DNA of 64,000 nucleotides from Cyanophora paradoxa CCMP329 (lineage: Eukaryota > Plantae > Glaucophyta): positions 62,001-126,000 of the forward strand of contig QPMI01000517.1 in NCBI GenBank assembly GCA_004431415.1, read 5' to 3'. Below, in pieces: positions 35,701-47,461 of this stretch. A model generated the notes under the pieces. The model had not been told where the DNA came from. It ran no database searches and was given only the letters and a program-made list of their open reading frames with translations. Position numbers and translations under genes: made by a program. Each line of letters begins with the position of its first letter. Position 1 is the first letter of the stretch.

Positions 35701-38700
35701 GCAAAGTCGCCTGATATCGATGCCGCTGTAGCTTTCACTTCTTCTCGGCGTCTCTGCCGCGCGCTCGAGCGCGAATTCGAACATTACCGTGGATCGCCAG
35801 TCCCTCGTCGACACGTACAACAGTGCGTGTTGCTATGACCTCAAATTCGTCTCCGGCCGCGGTCCCGCTCAGGCCATCTGGATCTAACGTCTGGGCTTCG
35901 AATCCAGCGATTGCGAGCCTGCTCTCGGAGACGGTAGGATCCTTCGTCGGAGGCACGGCGCCAGCGAATCTGGGGGGCGCCGATGCGACAGCCGCGGAAG
36001 TGAACAACGCGCGCCGGCGTCAGCTCCGAGCAACGCCGGCGGCCGACCTTGACCTGGTGGAAGCAATCCAGGCCGCCGAAGCGGACCGCGCTGTCTTCCT
36101 CTCGAAGTCTGTCGTCGCGTTCAGCCCGGACTCGAAGATCCTCGCGCACGTGGTCGTGATCGGCTGGTCGGTCCAGGTGCGGCTAGATAATGATTATGCA
36201 TATGGTACCGCTCGCATCATTTCAGCAGCTCGCTGAGCGTTGGGAGAATGCGCAGGTTTCCGTCCCGAGGTCGGGCGCCGTTGTCGATGTCAACAAGTAC
36301 CGCATCCTGTCCAACCTATGGAGCATCGCGTCCAAGCGCCCGGTACAGACGAAGTTCAAGAGCTCTGCTTCAATGGCATTTGACGGCAAAGCCGCATCGG
36401 AAATCAATCCCTTTGATGTCCGTGCCCTTGCAGTTGCATCTTGCGCTTCTAAATTGATTTCGCCGTCGATTCTATGCCCAGCCAACCACACGGGCTCCTG
36501 AGGACGTTGAAGCGGATCTAGACGGGCGATTTGAAGCCTTTGCTGACAACTTCGGGACCGTGAGCAGCGCTATAGCTAGCTCTAGATCTCCTATGTGGAT
36601 CAACCAAAACGCTTACCGCTCTTTCATGCAGGCTTTTCTGTCGATGGCCGCTTATATCGAACCCAAAGACGTTCCAGCGGAAGCGGACGACCAAGAATTC
36701 GAATTCGAAGGCGCGAATACGCCTACGCATATGGCCACAAGCGTCACCCGAACCCGGGACCGCTTCTACGCGAGCACGTCCAAAGGCGAGTGGGTGCGGT
36801 ACGATGCCGCGCTTCTCGTCGGTGCGTTTTTCAGCGCTTTAATTCTGCAGCTGCAAGATTTGCTCCGCGGCCTACTTCTGACGCTTTCGAATTCCTTGCT
36901 GCGTATACGTATATAAACTAGGTGACGGATTTACGGTCGTCAGTAAGGGCAACGGTGTGCATACATACACACTCGGCGCTTATGGTTCGCTGCGCATTCG
37001 TGACGTGTGCGGGGCTGGGGACAGACGATCTCCGGGCGGTCATCGGAAGGCACGACTGGAGCGTCTTTCCCGGGGACGACGCGGTTATCCAGACTTTCCA
37101 AGCTCCCGAGGGCGCTGATTCGGCGTTCGTGCTGCTCTCGTCCACCACGTGCAACCTTCAGGTGAACGCGTCTACGGTCGAGCCCCCGCAGCTCGCCTTC
37201 TTCGCTTGGCCTCGCAACGTTGTCGGGGGCTCTACGAACGAGCGAATCTACCTCTACTACTACTCACGATGGTAAGTGCATGCATTTGCTACAAAGTTCA
37301 CGCCGCGCCGGCCTGATCTGATTCGAATTCGCGCTGTGCCTGCGGTCCGCAGGACGAAGTCAGTCCGTCTCTTCGCAAAGTTCAAGGTGGACAACGTCGC
37401 GAAAGAGCTGAATACGGGGAACTGGTCGCTAAAAGGGGACCGAATGTACGCTTCCCCGGAATGTGAGTCATTCTCCCCGGCCCGCGAATCCAAATTTCAA
37501 AGCAGCAAGATTCGCGCGCTTATCATTACCTCTACTCCATGATGATTAGGCGACATGCTTGTCGTGACGAACGCGCGCACCCTGCAAGACTCCAGCCCCA
37601 AAATGCACACCATCCGTTTTGAGATCGCGAAATACACCGGCAAAGGGCAGGAATACAGCGACGACCTCGACCTCCCCCGGACGGCACTCGATGTGGTGCG
37701 CCCCCCCCCCCCCCCCCCCCCCACTCCCCCCCTCTCCCCTCCAGTTCCCCGCCCCCAAGTAAAGCATCTGATACGTAATAATATCTCACGAGCAGGACGT
37801 GTACGGCACGGAAGGCAACACCTTCCGCAAAGATCTGGAAAGAATCCCGCAGGAGTTCGAGTCGCCATCGAATAGAATCGAGGAGTTTGAGCGGCGGTTG
37901 GCGCAGAAAAACTACCCCGCCATCAAAGAGCCGGGTGTGCACGTTAACATTAACGTTTCTGTGCCTTCAATTAATTTGACGCCCTTTGTTGTCGTACCTG
38001 ATGCCGCCTCACGAATGAAGGAATTCTGTTTGCTGGATTTGCTGTGGACTTAGACGACTTGGCTAACAGGGACCCTCTGACGGATGAAAAAATCAGCACG
38101 AGAAACTACGGAGCCGTCATGGCTTCACAGCTGTCTACTTTTGAGAAGGCCGCATCCAACTGCGCAAAGTTCGTTCAGTTTACATCTGAGCTCGTCTGCA
38201 ATCTACTGACCCCGAGCTCTTATTCTATGCTTGCTCATCGCGAGCAGCCAAGTCATTTTCTACGCTGGCCTGTTCAGCAAAACTGAAAGCGACGAGTTTT
38301 TGGTACGCTGGCGCCCCGAGAAAAGGCCACGTGTCGGCTAGCTCTTATGCCTCGCGATCGTGCGTGGTTTTCAGGCAGCTGGAAGAGCTCGAATGCTGGA
38401 CGGGCACGGCGACCGCGGCCGACAGCTACTCGCTCGGAAGCAGCTTCGGACGCATCAGCGTACATCCGTCGGTTCCGCTTCTTGCCGTTGGCTACAGCGA
38501 CGGTTCTCTGCTGCTCAAAGACACCCGTAGCATCCTGCACTCAAATCCGCTCAACGACGTGCGCTAATTCGCTCCGGAATTCAGCCGTTTACTTTCGCTC
38601 CCCGCGGCCGTGTCCTGAATCTCGCATGCACAGGAATACGTGCAGATCTTCTCCAGCGCAGTGACTGCAGTGCGCTTCAGCGCGGACGGAAAGCTCCTTG

Positions 38701-41700
38701 CTTCCGCAGACGAGAAGGGGAACCTTATCATATCTGAGATTCAGGCCGATGGTAGCAGAAGCGCAACCGTGCGCCGGACCGATTTCCTATCCGCGTTCTC
38801 TGGACGCATGGGCCCTCCCAAGGTCAGATCTAAAGCCTTCCCCCTTTCGTGCGGTAGGCGCCTGACCTTGATACGGATAATTGCCAGGGAAATTACTGGC
38901 AACCCACGGGATTCTTGCGTCCGGCGTACGGCGTGTTCAGCCCCGCCTCGGCCGGTTGCGGCCTGGTTGTCGTTGGCGACATGGACAAGAATGCATTCGA
39001 CGATGCGGAAGCGGCAGCAAAGCTGTCTGCTGCAACGAATGTGTGGTACTTCCCTCAGGACACCGTTCGCACTCGTAGGTAAACTCTCCGAGAGTCGAAA
39101 TCCCACACAACAATCACGCTCGACTGCCCGATCGTCCGATTGCGCTCACGCGCGCTTTGAACCACGCAGTGTTTCGGCCTACGTGGATGCTTGTCCGAGC
39201 TGCAACACAGTCCCAGACGAGAATAGCCTCAGTGAGAAAACTTTCATCGGTCAGGTGGAATCCTTTTCTCAATGACACCGGCTCCTGCAGGCTACGCCTG
39301 GGCGCCGAACGGGCAACTTCTGGGGTTCAAGGACTTGGAGCGCGTAGCCGTCTACGATGTGCGGTCGCTGAGCGGCGCGAAATGCGCTTTTCCGGCACGG
39401 CTGAGCAGGAATGACACCGCCAACTGGTGACCGTGAATCGCCCGGATCTTCATCTGCTTCTGTATTAAGCAGCCGGCGCAGGACATGGAAGAGGCCGTTG
39501 GGCACGCGCGATCTCAATCTGTTTGAAACGCAAGACTTCATTGCTTGGCACGAGAGCAAGTTCGTGTATGCGGGCCGCATGGTTTACAACCTCCTGCCTA
39601 ATGTGCGAGCGGGGCGAATTCTTTTTGATTTCAAACTTCCGTAAATTATATTAAAATTTGCGTCAATCACATCAAGGGTCTTCCGGATGTTGAGAGTGGA
39701 TTCGCTCTGGTGCGTAAACCTTCTGCCGGTCGAGATGTGTGTCTCTTAGCCTTATTTGCTCTGCGCAGGACGACGAAGGCATTCCGGGCAAGTGCGCAAG
39801 CCGCCTCGCGCCCCGCGCCGCCCCCAGGGGGCGGCCACCCCGGCCCGCAGCCCCTTCGCCCCCTCGGACGCTCACCCTCTTCGAATTCCCCCTTTTCCTT
39901 CTCAGAACCTTCATGGCTTCTGCCGCTGGATTTGCCAAGGCCGCAAATGGGGACGTATTTCTCGCTGTCTGTTCGTCCTACATCGAAAAGAGTGCGACGC
40001 AGATCTGATGTGTCACTATTCCCTGTATAGTACAAATATAATGTTAAACCATCGTTTCTGCTTGCAGGCAGCAAATTCGGAGGAAAGGATGGCAATCAAC
40101 TCTCGGACTCCGCTCTGTTCGAAGGTGAAACGGAAGCTACGAGTATGGTGCGACCGGCCTTCGGATTAAGATATTTTGAGTCGTCGGCTTGTACATTTTA
40201 AAACTGCAGCTGACATTTCGCTGCAGTGCAAGGGGAAGGACTGTGTTGTTGAACACGTGACCGTCCTTGCTACTTACTCTCAATCTGCGAAGGTTGGTTT
40301 GTCGTAGCTGTACTTTGTATATATTCCCATTCATTAATAGATCGCGCTCGGCTCACAGAAATGGACTCGAACGGAGCGCAAGATTATCGCGCGAGCCACG
40401 ACCACAGAGACGACCCCGGCATCGACCGGCCCGTCCGACACCAGCCGCTGCCGGCGGGCAGTGATAGCCGACGATCAGAGCTTCGTCGCATTCGAGACAA
40501 GGGACACCGTCTACGTCATGCCCACCGACAAGAAAGCTTTCACCGCCTCGACGAAATCGGGCCCCGGATACGCAGCGGTCGCCACTGCGCCGACGGACGC
40601 GCACGGGCCACAGGGCGTGCCTGCGGACCTGGCCGACTTCGTGAAGTCTGCCAGCTCCAACTCGTCGACCCGGCTCCAGTTCCCGCAATCTGCCGCATTC
40701 CAGGATGTGTGGATCTTTGGTACGACGCGCGGGAACATGTCTGGCCTGTGGCTCGTAGGCAAGTCCGTTGCAACGTTCTATGCGCTCGACGTGACCAGTC
40801 CATCGACGGGGTATCTGCGGGCCGATCCGACTTCGACGTTCAGCACGCTCTCTCCTTACTACATTCGGTCGAGCCGGAACGGTCGCTTCATGGGTGAGCG
40901 CGTGGTCTAGCTCGTTTTGGTCTTCATGATCAGAGCTTTTATTGACACCAGCGTTTCGAATTCGACAGCCAAGTGGCAAAGCACGTCTCTCCTGCAGATC
41001 ATCGATCTGTCGGTAGGCCAAAGCCTAGACGAACCACTGCGTTATTCAATTTCCTAGTTCTAGATCTAGAGCTACAGAGCTGCCTTTTAATATTGATTCG
41101 GCTTACCGCCACGTGCTTGTGCAGACTGCCAGGCCCATCAGCGGAGCGCTTTCGCTGTATTTTGGGAACGACTACCGGTCTTTCTCGCCGTACGAGAAGC
41201 TGCCCGTCCTGCCTTTAATCAGGTGCCCAGCGTTTGTCGCGATCGCTCGCTCGCCCGCCCGCCCGGGGGGTTGCGGATCATGATCATATATGTTTTTGAC
41301 CCATTATGCATTTTGCAATCAGCGACACTGGGGATTCTCTCGCCCTCGTATTCAATTCCCCCGGTCTTTACACACCCCCCCCCCCCCCCCCCCTTGCAAC
41401 TTTTCTGCATCTTCTGATCATGACTCGCGATCGCGGCGGAATTTCGCAGGCACCTCGAAAATACAAAACTCCGGTGTATTGGGAGGGTCTTCCAGAAACC
41501 AGCCGTACTCTTATGATCTCAAATACTTTGACTTCACTCTGGATACGTTCATTCGCGCTGCGTGCTCTGTGATTGCCCGAGATATGACGGAGGAGGAGGC
41601 GGAGCTTTATTCCGGCGGCACTTCCAGCCTCAAGCCGTGTGGTGAGCCCTGAAGTTTCGCAAAATCTCTGAGCTTTTAATCTAACTGGGTAATGGTGATC

Positions 41701-44541
41701 AGCGGAATCGACTGCGAACGCGTCAGTACCTGTCACTTCAACCACGTCTCCGTCCGCTTCCAACGGAATACTAGACTGTGGCCCGAACGGCTTCTACGAT
41801 GCGACCAAAGAATCATGCGCCTGCCTTGGGGACTACTCCGGCGAATATTGCGAGAAGTGCAAGAACGGGTTGTTCCTCAGCCACGCAAGGGGCAAGCTAG
41901 AGTGCATTGGTGCGCCATACGCAGAATCGAGGGTTACGATATCGTTTGCTGACCCTTAGATTCTTTCTAGAGTGCGACTGCTCTGGATTTGGCACCTGCG
42001 ATCCCGTGACAGGAGCTTGCACATGCTTCTTGTCTCGCTCGGGACTTCGCTGCGAGAAGAACTGCACTGGGGACGGAAACAAATGCAGCGCGGGCGCCCC
42101 CTTCGCAGTCGGCGTCTTCCGTCAGACTAAAGAAGAGGCAAGGCAGGCCCTCATCGAAGCGGTCGAGAGCTTCAAATCATCGACGGAGACCGGCGGTGTA
42201 GACACAGCTGCTGCGGCCGCCGCTGCAGCTGCGGCCGCGGCCGCCGCGGCGCTGGCTTCCAACACCGGGACGGCTCGACCGACCCCCACTTTGACTCCTA
42301 CGCCAATTCCGCGGTCGTGCTATCATCCGTGGGAAATCGACCCGAACGCCCCGCAAGCTTCGGTAACGAGTTTGGGATGCTTCAAGTATACGGATGCTTT
42401 GCCGGGATCAACCGCGGCACTGCCCGCGGTGCTCTCAACAACCGTTGGCGATTTGGATGCCTGCGCGAAACTGGCTTATATGTCCACTCCGTACTACCGT
42501 TACTACGGCGTCTACGCCGGAGCGTTCTGCGTAGCCGGCAACGACGAGGCTCAGGCCACTAAATACGGCCAAGAACAGGAGGAGAACTCTGGCGGTTGCG
42601 GCACTGCCAGCAAACCACTGTGAGTTAACGTTTCGCTCGTCTTTAATTTACCCTTCCTCCCGATTGTCTCATAATATATTATGTTACGATAATCATACAA
42701 TGACACAATCTCCGTCTTCCGAAGATACATGCGCCTTCGAAGGGGGCCGGAGGTGTTCACCGGGCCTACCACCTGCGGCGTACCCACTGCAACACCTTCG
42801 CCTACACCCTCGCCGACCGCGACGCCGACGCCGGCTCCGACCGGACCGTGCTTCAGCACTGCCGGATGCTACAACACGCAATCGACCTCGATCACAACTA
42901 CCACCAAGACGTGCTCGGAGATCACTTTGCAGAGCGACTGCTCAGCCGCGTCGAGCACCTCTGGATGCGTTTGGAGCTGGAGCACTTCCACCTGTAGCTA
43001 TAGGACATGCTCTGACATTACGAGCTCTTATCAATGCTACGGGGGCGGGTGCTCTTGGACCTCAAGCGGCGAATCAGGCACCTGCACTGGCTCGAGCAGC
43101 AGCTGCTCGACCCTTGGTGTAACTGATTGCAGCAGCATGGGAATGTCTTTTGGATGCACTTGGACTGGCGGCGGCAACTGCACGACCGATGCAAGCGTCA
43201 CGTCGCCCAACGCCGTGGTGTCAACGTCTCCCACAGTGTCCACGCTCTCCTCCGCGCTGTTTACACGGCTCTCTTCTGGAGACAGAAACCTGGATGCATG
43301 CGCAGTCGCAGCTTCCTCGTCTTCGTATCCCTACTTTAGCTACCTGGAATCAAGCAGGGAATGCTACGGCATCAGCTCGGCAAACTACGGGCAAGTGACG
43401 AGCAAGGGCAGTACGCCGGGCACGTGTGCAACAACAGGCTCCAGCTTGAGCACAGAGTGCGTTACATCCCTATGCATTTTCAGATCATGCCCAAAATAGG
43501 CCGTTGCTAAATACATAAATACTGCAGCTTGTCCTTTACCCTATACTCGGTCACCAATGGTGCGCTTGACCCGTTCGAATTCATTCTTTAGTTCTCCGCA
43601 TTTCAGCACTTGAAAGTGACTCCATTAATATTCTTGCAGCTGTCGCGTGTGGAAGCCTCGCGAGCTCTATGCCGAATCCCCAGTGCGGCTCGATCACCTC
43701 CGAGTCGTCGTGCAGCGCCAATACGGCCTGCGTGTGGAAGTCCTCGGGCACGGGGACATGTTCCGGATCCGGCGGGTCATCCTGCACCTTCGCGTCGTCT
43801 GAGAGCTCCTGCAGAAGTTCCGGCTGCACCTGGACCCCGGCATCGGGGACGTGCTTGGAAAGGCTCGGGGAGTCCACGTGCACGACGGTCGGCACTCTGT
43901 CGGCGGTAACCCTTGCCAGCGGCACCGGCAACGCGTGCTGGAACAGAGGGTGCTCACTAACAGCGACATCGGTTTCAACAACTTCAAGCTGCAGCGCATC
44001 ATCCTCGGGCTCATATGGATCATCTTCCGGCACGCCCTGCGGCTCGGCAACGTCGGAATCGGCGTGCCAGTCATATTCGAGCTTCTGCCAATGGAGCGTG
44101 GCGACGCTTGTCACGGGTTCCTGTGGTGGCATCCCGAGCAAATGCAGCATCTACACGACGTCATCGATGTGTGAAACGAACGGTTTGACCGAAGGCTGTA
44201 TTTGGACAGGAAGCTCTTGTACGGAGTGCAGTCAAACCGCCGTCGGCTCCTCCGGTTGTCCGACGGAGGTCAGCCAAAAGTGCGTCACCCAAGGGACAAG
44301 CTGCGCGAGCTGCACGAGCCTCGGCTCTCTGTCCGCCTGCGAAGCAGCCAACGCCGGCCTCACTTCAACGGCGAAGTGCTCGTGGACGGGGGACATATGC
44401 GTGGCTTCAACGTGTGCGACGCACACCGATCAATCCTCGTGTGGCTACGCCTCCTATTCCAATTGCTACTGGTCGTCCTCGGATTCGAAGTGTTTCAGAA
44501 GCCTGACCGGATCGACATCACCAAGTTATAGTTATATATAA
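32713..44541 (+). CDS. Multi-exon TIR-TM-WD40-EGF-WSC-Cys-rich receptor-like protein, copy 2
   Basis: Spliced TIR (33385-34500), linker TDMEALRLHTRLLVRARE..LEQAVAWLK..TPEQIEFIKAS, and TM RRKKIFTVSCLSFIFIAVVIAAIIAIIMA. WD40-like VAFSPDSKILA, LLAVGYSDGSL, VRFSADGKLLASADEKG. EGF, WSC-like and CxxxxxxxxCxxxxGCxW repeats run to the stop at 44541. Confidence 0.82.
33385..34500 (+). CDS. TIR domain of copy 2 (10 exons incl. 8-nt and 4-nt microexons)
   Basis: YDVMISYSRRNKEAAQYLVNELKGENFDVWVDWQNIPHGSDWRAEIAAGIECSDNVVFLLSPDWVKSQECRIEYEIAMENNKRLVPVLLESCDTVPEELSAINWIY. All intron phases are consistent. Confidence 0.9.
41774..42090 (+). CDS. Laminin/EGF-like domains of copy 2
   Basis: CACLGDYSGEYCEKCKNG and CDCSGFGTCDPVTGACTCFLSRSGLRCEKNC. 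Confidence 0.75.
42360..42620 (+). CDS. WSC-like carbohydrate-binding domain of copy 2
   Basis: SLGCFKY...DLDACAKLA...YRYYGVYAGAFCVAGN...GCG. A second degenerate copy lies at ~43250-43440. Confidence 0.6.
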
Positions 44542-44888
44542 TTAGCACATGCCGCGGATTGAACTTCGATCGCGACTGCGGATTCGGATATATATTGATT
44601 CGAATTAATTTCAAGCACAAGCAATCTTGAAGCTATCTATGTAGTGCTCTCCAGCACCATTTATCCAAATTTAGCGCGTGCGCCTGGACTAGTAGTTTTG
44701 CGATAACTCATTAGTCTCTTTTCTTCTTCTTCTCCGAAGTGAGATTTCTTTCTCCTGCGAGGATGTGCCCAATTGCAAGGGATGTTAGGCCTGAGACGTT
44801 AGGCCTAAGAATGCATATGTACGTGATCGCCGAGTAGCTATAGAAATGTTAGGCCTCAGGATGGATATGTGAATCTGGGAGAAGGGAC

Positions 44889-45394
44889 ATTTACGCCTCG
44901 CTTCATTCGGAATCAGAGAAGCCTAGCTAGCCAAACTTGCCTACGACTATTCTAAAGGGATGCACGGTATAGCGCATCGGGAGTGGCCCTGAAGGTACGG
45001 CAGCTGGATGCTGCTTTCCCGAGACCTAACGTGGGGATAACACGTCGGCGACCGACCAGGGCGGGTCGCCTTATGCTCTTTCGGCCGCTTCCTTCCGGAG
45101 GCGGGTGAAAGCTTACCCCTGCTCCGGACCGGAGCGGCGGTAAGGCTGAGTAATCCCGTACCCGTGCGGCGGGTACCGGATTCTCGTGGCCGAGGCGGAG
45201 GTTTTGGCGTACCCCTGAGCAGGGTACGCGTTCAGCTCGAGCCACGCCTGACGGGGCCTGGCGGGGCGAATGCTGTACCCCGGCGCGGGGTACGCGATTC
45301 TACCCGGGCCGGTAAGCGGTCCCGGGTACCGCCGCCGAGGCGCGGGGTGGCGATTGTGCGTGAAAACATCGCACGAGTGCTGTACCCCTACCAA
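44889..45394 (-). repeat. Split direct repeat B2
   Basis: Near-identical to 45811-46314 (about 3 differences). Confidence 0.93.
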
Positions 45395-45496
45395 GATTGC
45401 CAGAGTATTCTACGGATACTCGTAGCGCGTTGGAAAAGGATAGAGCCGTCGCATCCACAAACAGCCGATTGTGAAAACGCGGGGAGGAGGGCGGGA

Positions 45497-45808
45497 GCGA
45501 TTTCGCTTCGCCGCTGGGTGCCTGGTCAAGCTGGCAACCAAGGACGAAGTTATGCCGAAGGGCAGCCGAAGGAATGGCCGTACCCCGGCCTTCGTTCGCC
45601 TCAGGGCGCGACCGAATCAAATTCTGAGTTCTCCCCGGAGTCGGTGCAGAACTCGAATTCTGCTATACCGTGCTCGAGGCCCGGACCCGTCGCTTAGGCC
45701 GGTCCGGTCGCTCGGTCCTTCTAGCTAAGGTAGGCAGTTGGCGCTCTGGCTTCTCTTCTATTCATTCCGTCGGCGCAAAACTCGGTTTACGCTTAATTGC
45801 GCAAACCC
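45497..45808 (-). repeat. Split direct repeat A2 (312 bp)
   Basis: Matches 55058-55369. Confidence 0.93.
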
Positions 45809-45810
45809 TG

Positions 45811-46314
45811 ATTTACGCCTCGCTTCATTCGGAATCAGAGAAGCCTAGCTAGCCTAACTTGCCTACGACTATTCTAAAGGGATGCACGGTATAGCGCATC
45901 GGGAGTGGCCCTGAAGGTACGGCAGCTGGATGCTGCTTTCCCGAGACCTAACGTGGGGATAACACGTCGGCGACCGACCAGGGCGGGTCGCCTTATGCTC
46001 TTTCGGCCGCTTCCTTCCGGAGGCGGGTGAAAGCTTACCCCTGCTCCGGACCGGAGCGGCGGTAAGGCTGAGTAATCCGTACCCGTGCGGCGGGTACCGG
46101 ATTCTCGTGGCCGAGGCGGAGGTTTTGGCGTACCCCTGAGCAGGGTACGCGTTCAGCTCGAGCCACGCCTGACGGGGCCTGGCGGGGCGAATGCTGTACC
46201 CCGGCGCGGGGTACGCGATTCTACCCGGGCCGGTAAGCGGTCCCGGGTACCGCCGCCGAGGCGCGGGGTGGCGATTGTGCGTGAAAACATCGCACGAGTG
46301 CTGTACCCTACCAA
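45811..46314 (-). repeat. Split direct repeat B1
   Basis: Matches 44889-45394. Confidence 0.93.
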
Positions 46315-46498
46315 ACAAGAGTCAGGTCACAGCCAGTTGAAAGAGCGTCGGGAAGGTCTCTGAGGGTGCCGCGCAGACCAAGCGGGTTCGAAGAGACAAA
46401 ATTGTATTATAAAGAGTCAGGGCTACAATGGTGTCACACTCCTAGTGAACATTATGTAGGGGCCGGCCGCGGGTGAGAGAGGCGCCGGCGGCGCCGGC

Positions 46499-47460
46499 TC
46501 AAAAGCCGAGGTCGGCCAGGTCGGAGGACAGATGAAAGAGGTAGTCCTCAATATATCCTTGGGGCACGGAAGAGTACAGTGCCCAGCGGCCATGCCGTCG
46601 GATCCAAGTGGCCGGGAGGCCCCGGCGGGCCGCGGCCGTCGCGCCACCGCGGCGCAAGCTGTGGCCCGAGAAGTCGGTCGGGTCGTAGCCGATGGCCTCC
46701 GCGGCCTCTTTCACGAGGCGGCGGACGAAACCAACGGTGATGGCCGCGGCGGGATCGGAGAGGCGGGGGAAGAGGGGGGTCCCGGGCGCCGCCTGCACCG
46801 CCGTGCTCGCGACGTACGCGCACAGCAGGCGGACGGGGCACGAGGCGGGGCATTTGCCCGGGGTGAGGTAAACCACCGCGCCGTGGGCGGTCCTGTCGGT
46901 TTTGGAGCGCCGGATGTGGAGGGCGATGCGGGGGAAGGGAGGAGTGAGAATTCGAGGTCGTCGACCCGCAGCGCCACCAGCTCCGCTCCCCGGAGGAAGC
47001 CCGCGATGCCGGTCGCGAGGACGGTGGCGTCGCGGAGGCGCCGGGGAGGGGCGCGTGACAGGAACGATGGGGTGGTCAACCACGCGCGCAGGTCGCCGGG
47101 CAAGAAGGCGCGGCGTTGCGCTACGGGGCGGCCCAGGCGGGCCTGCATGCCTCTCCATGCGGTCGAGTACATGAACGAGCGGGTCTGGTGGGGTCGACGA
47201 GGCCGCGAAGTTTGAGTTCGCGCCACACGTGGGCGGCGAGGCCTTTAACGGTGCTCGCCGCGAGGTCTTTTCCGGAATGGCGGCGTCGCTGGGTGGCCGC
47301 GTCGGCCAGGAAGAGGAGGATGGACCGTTCTGCGTCCGGCGCGAGGCCGTGGCACTCGACGAACTCGAAGTAGCGGCGGGCCGCCGCCGTTGGCCCGCTG
47401 ACGTGCCGGGGCGAAGGCCGCCCCTGCCAGGCCGCGAGCTCCGCCTCCGCGGGCGCCGGG
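46499..47460 (-). CDS. Tyrosine recombinase (frameshifted)
   Basis: GFLRGAEL (R), RRSKTD (K), CPV, GHSLRRGGAT (HxxR), HGRW...GYI (W,Y). The start is approximate. Confidence 0.9.
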
Positions 47461-47461
47461 G

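Noticed and set aside
44889-46314. Separate small LTR/TRIM element or hammerhead ribozyme
   Set aside because: The repeats lack TG..CA ends and a TSD and are explained by the split-direct-repeat structure. No CUGAnGA/GAAA core with proper stems was found.
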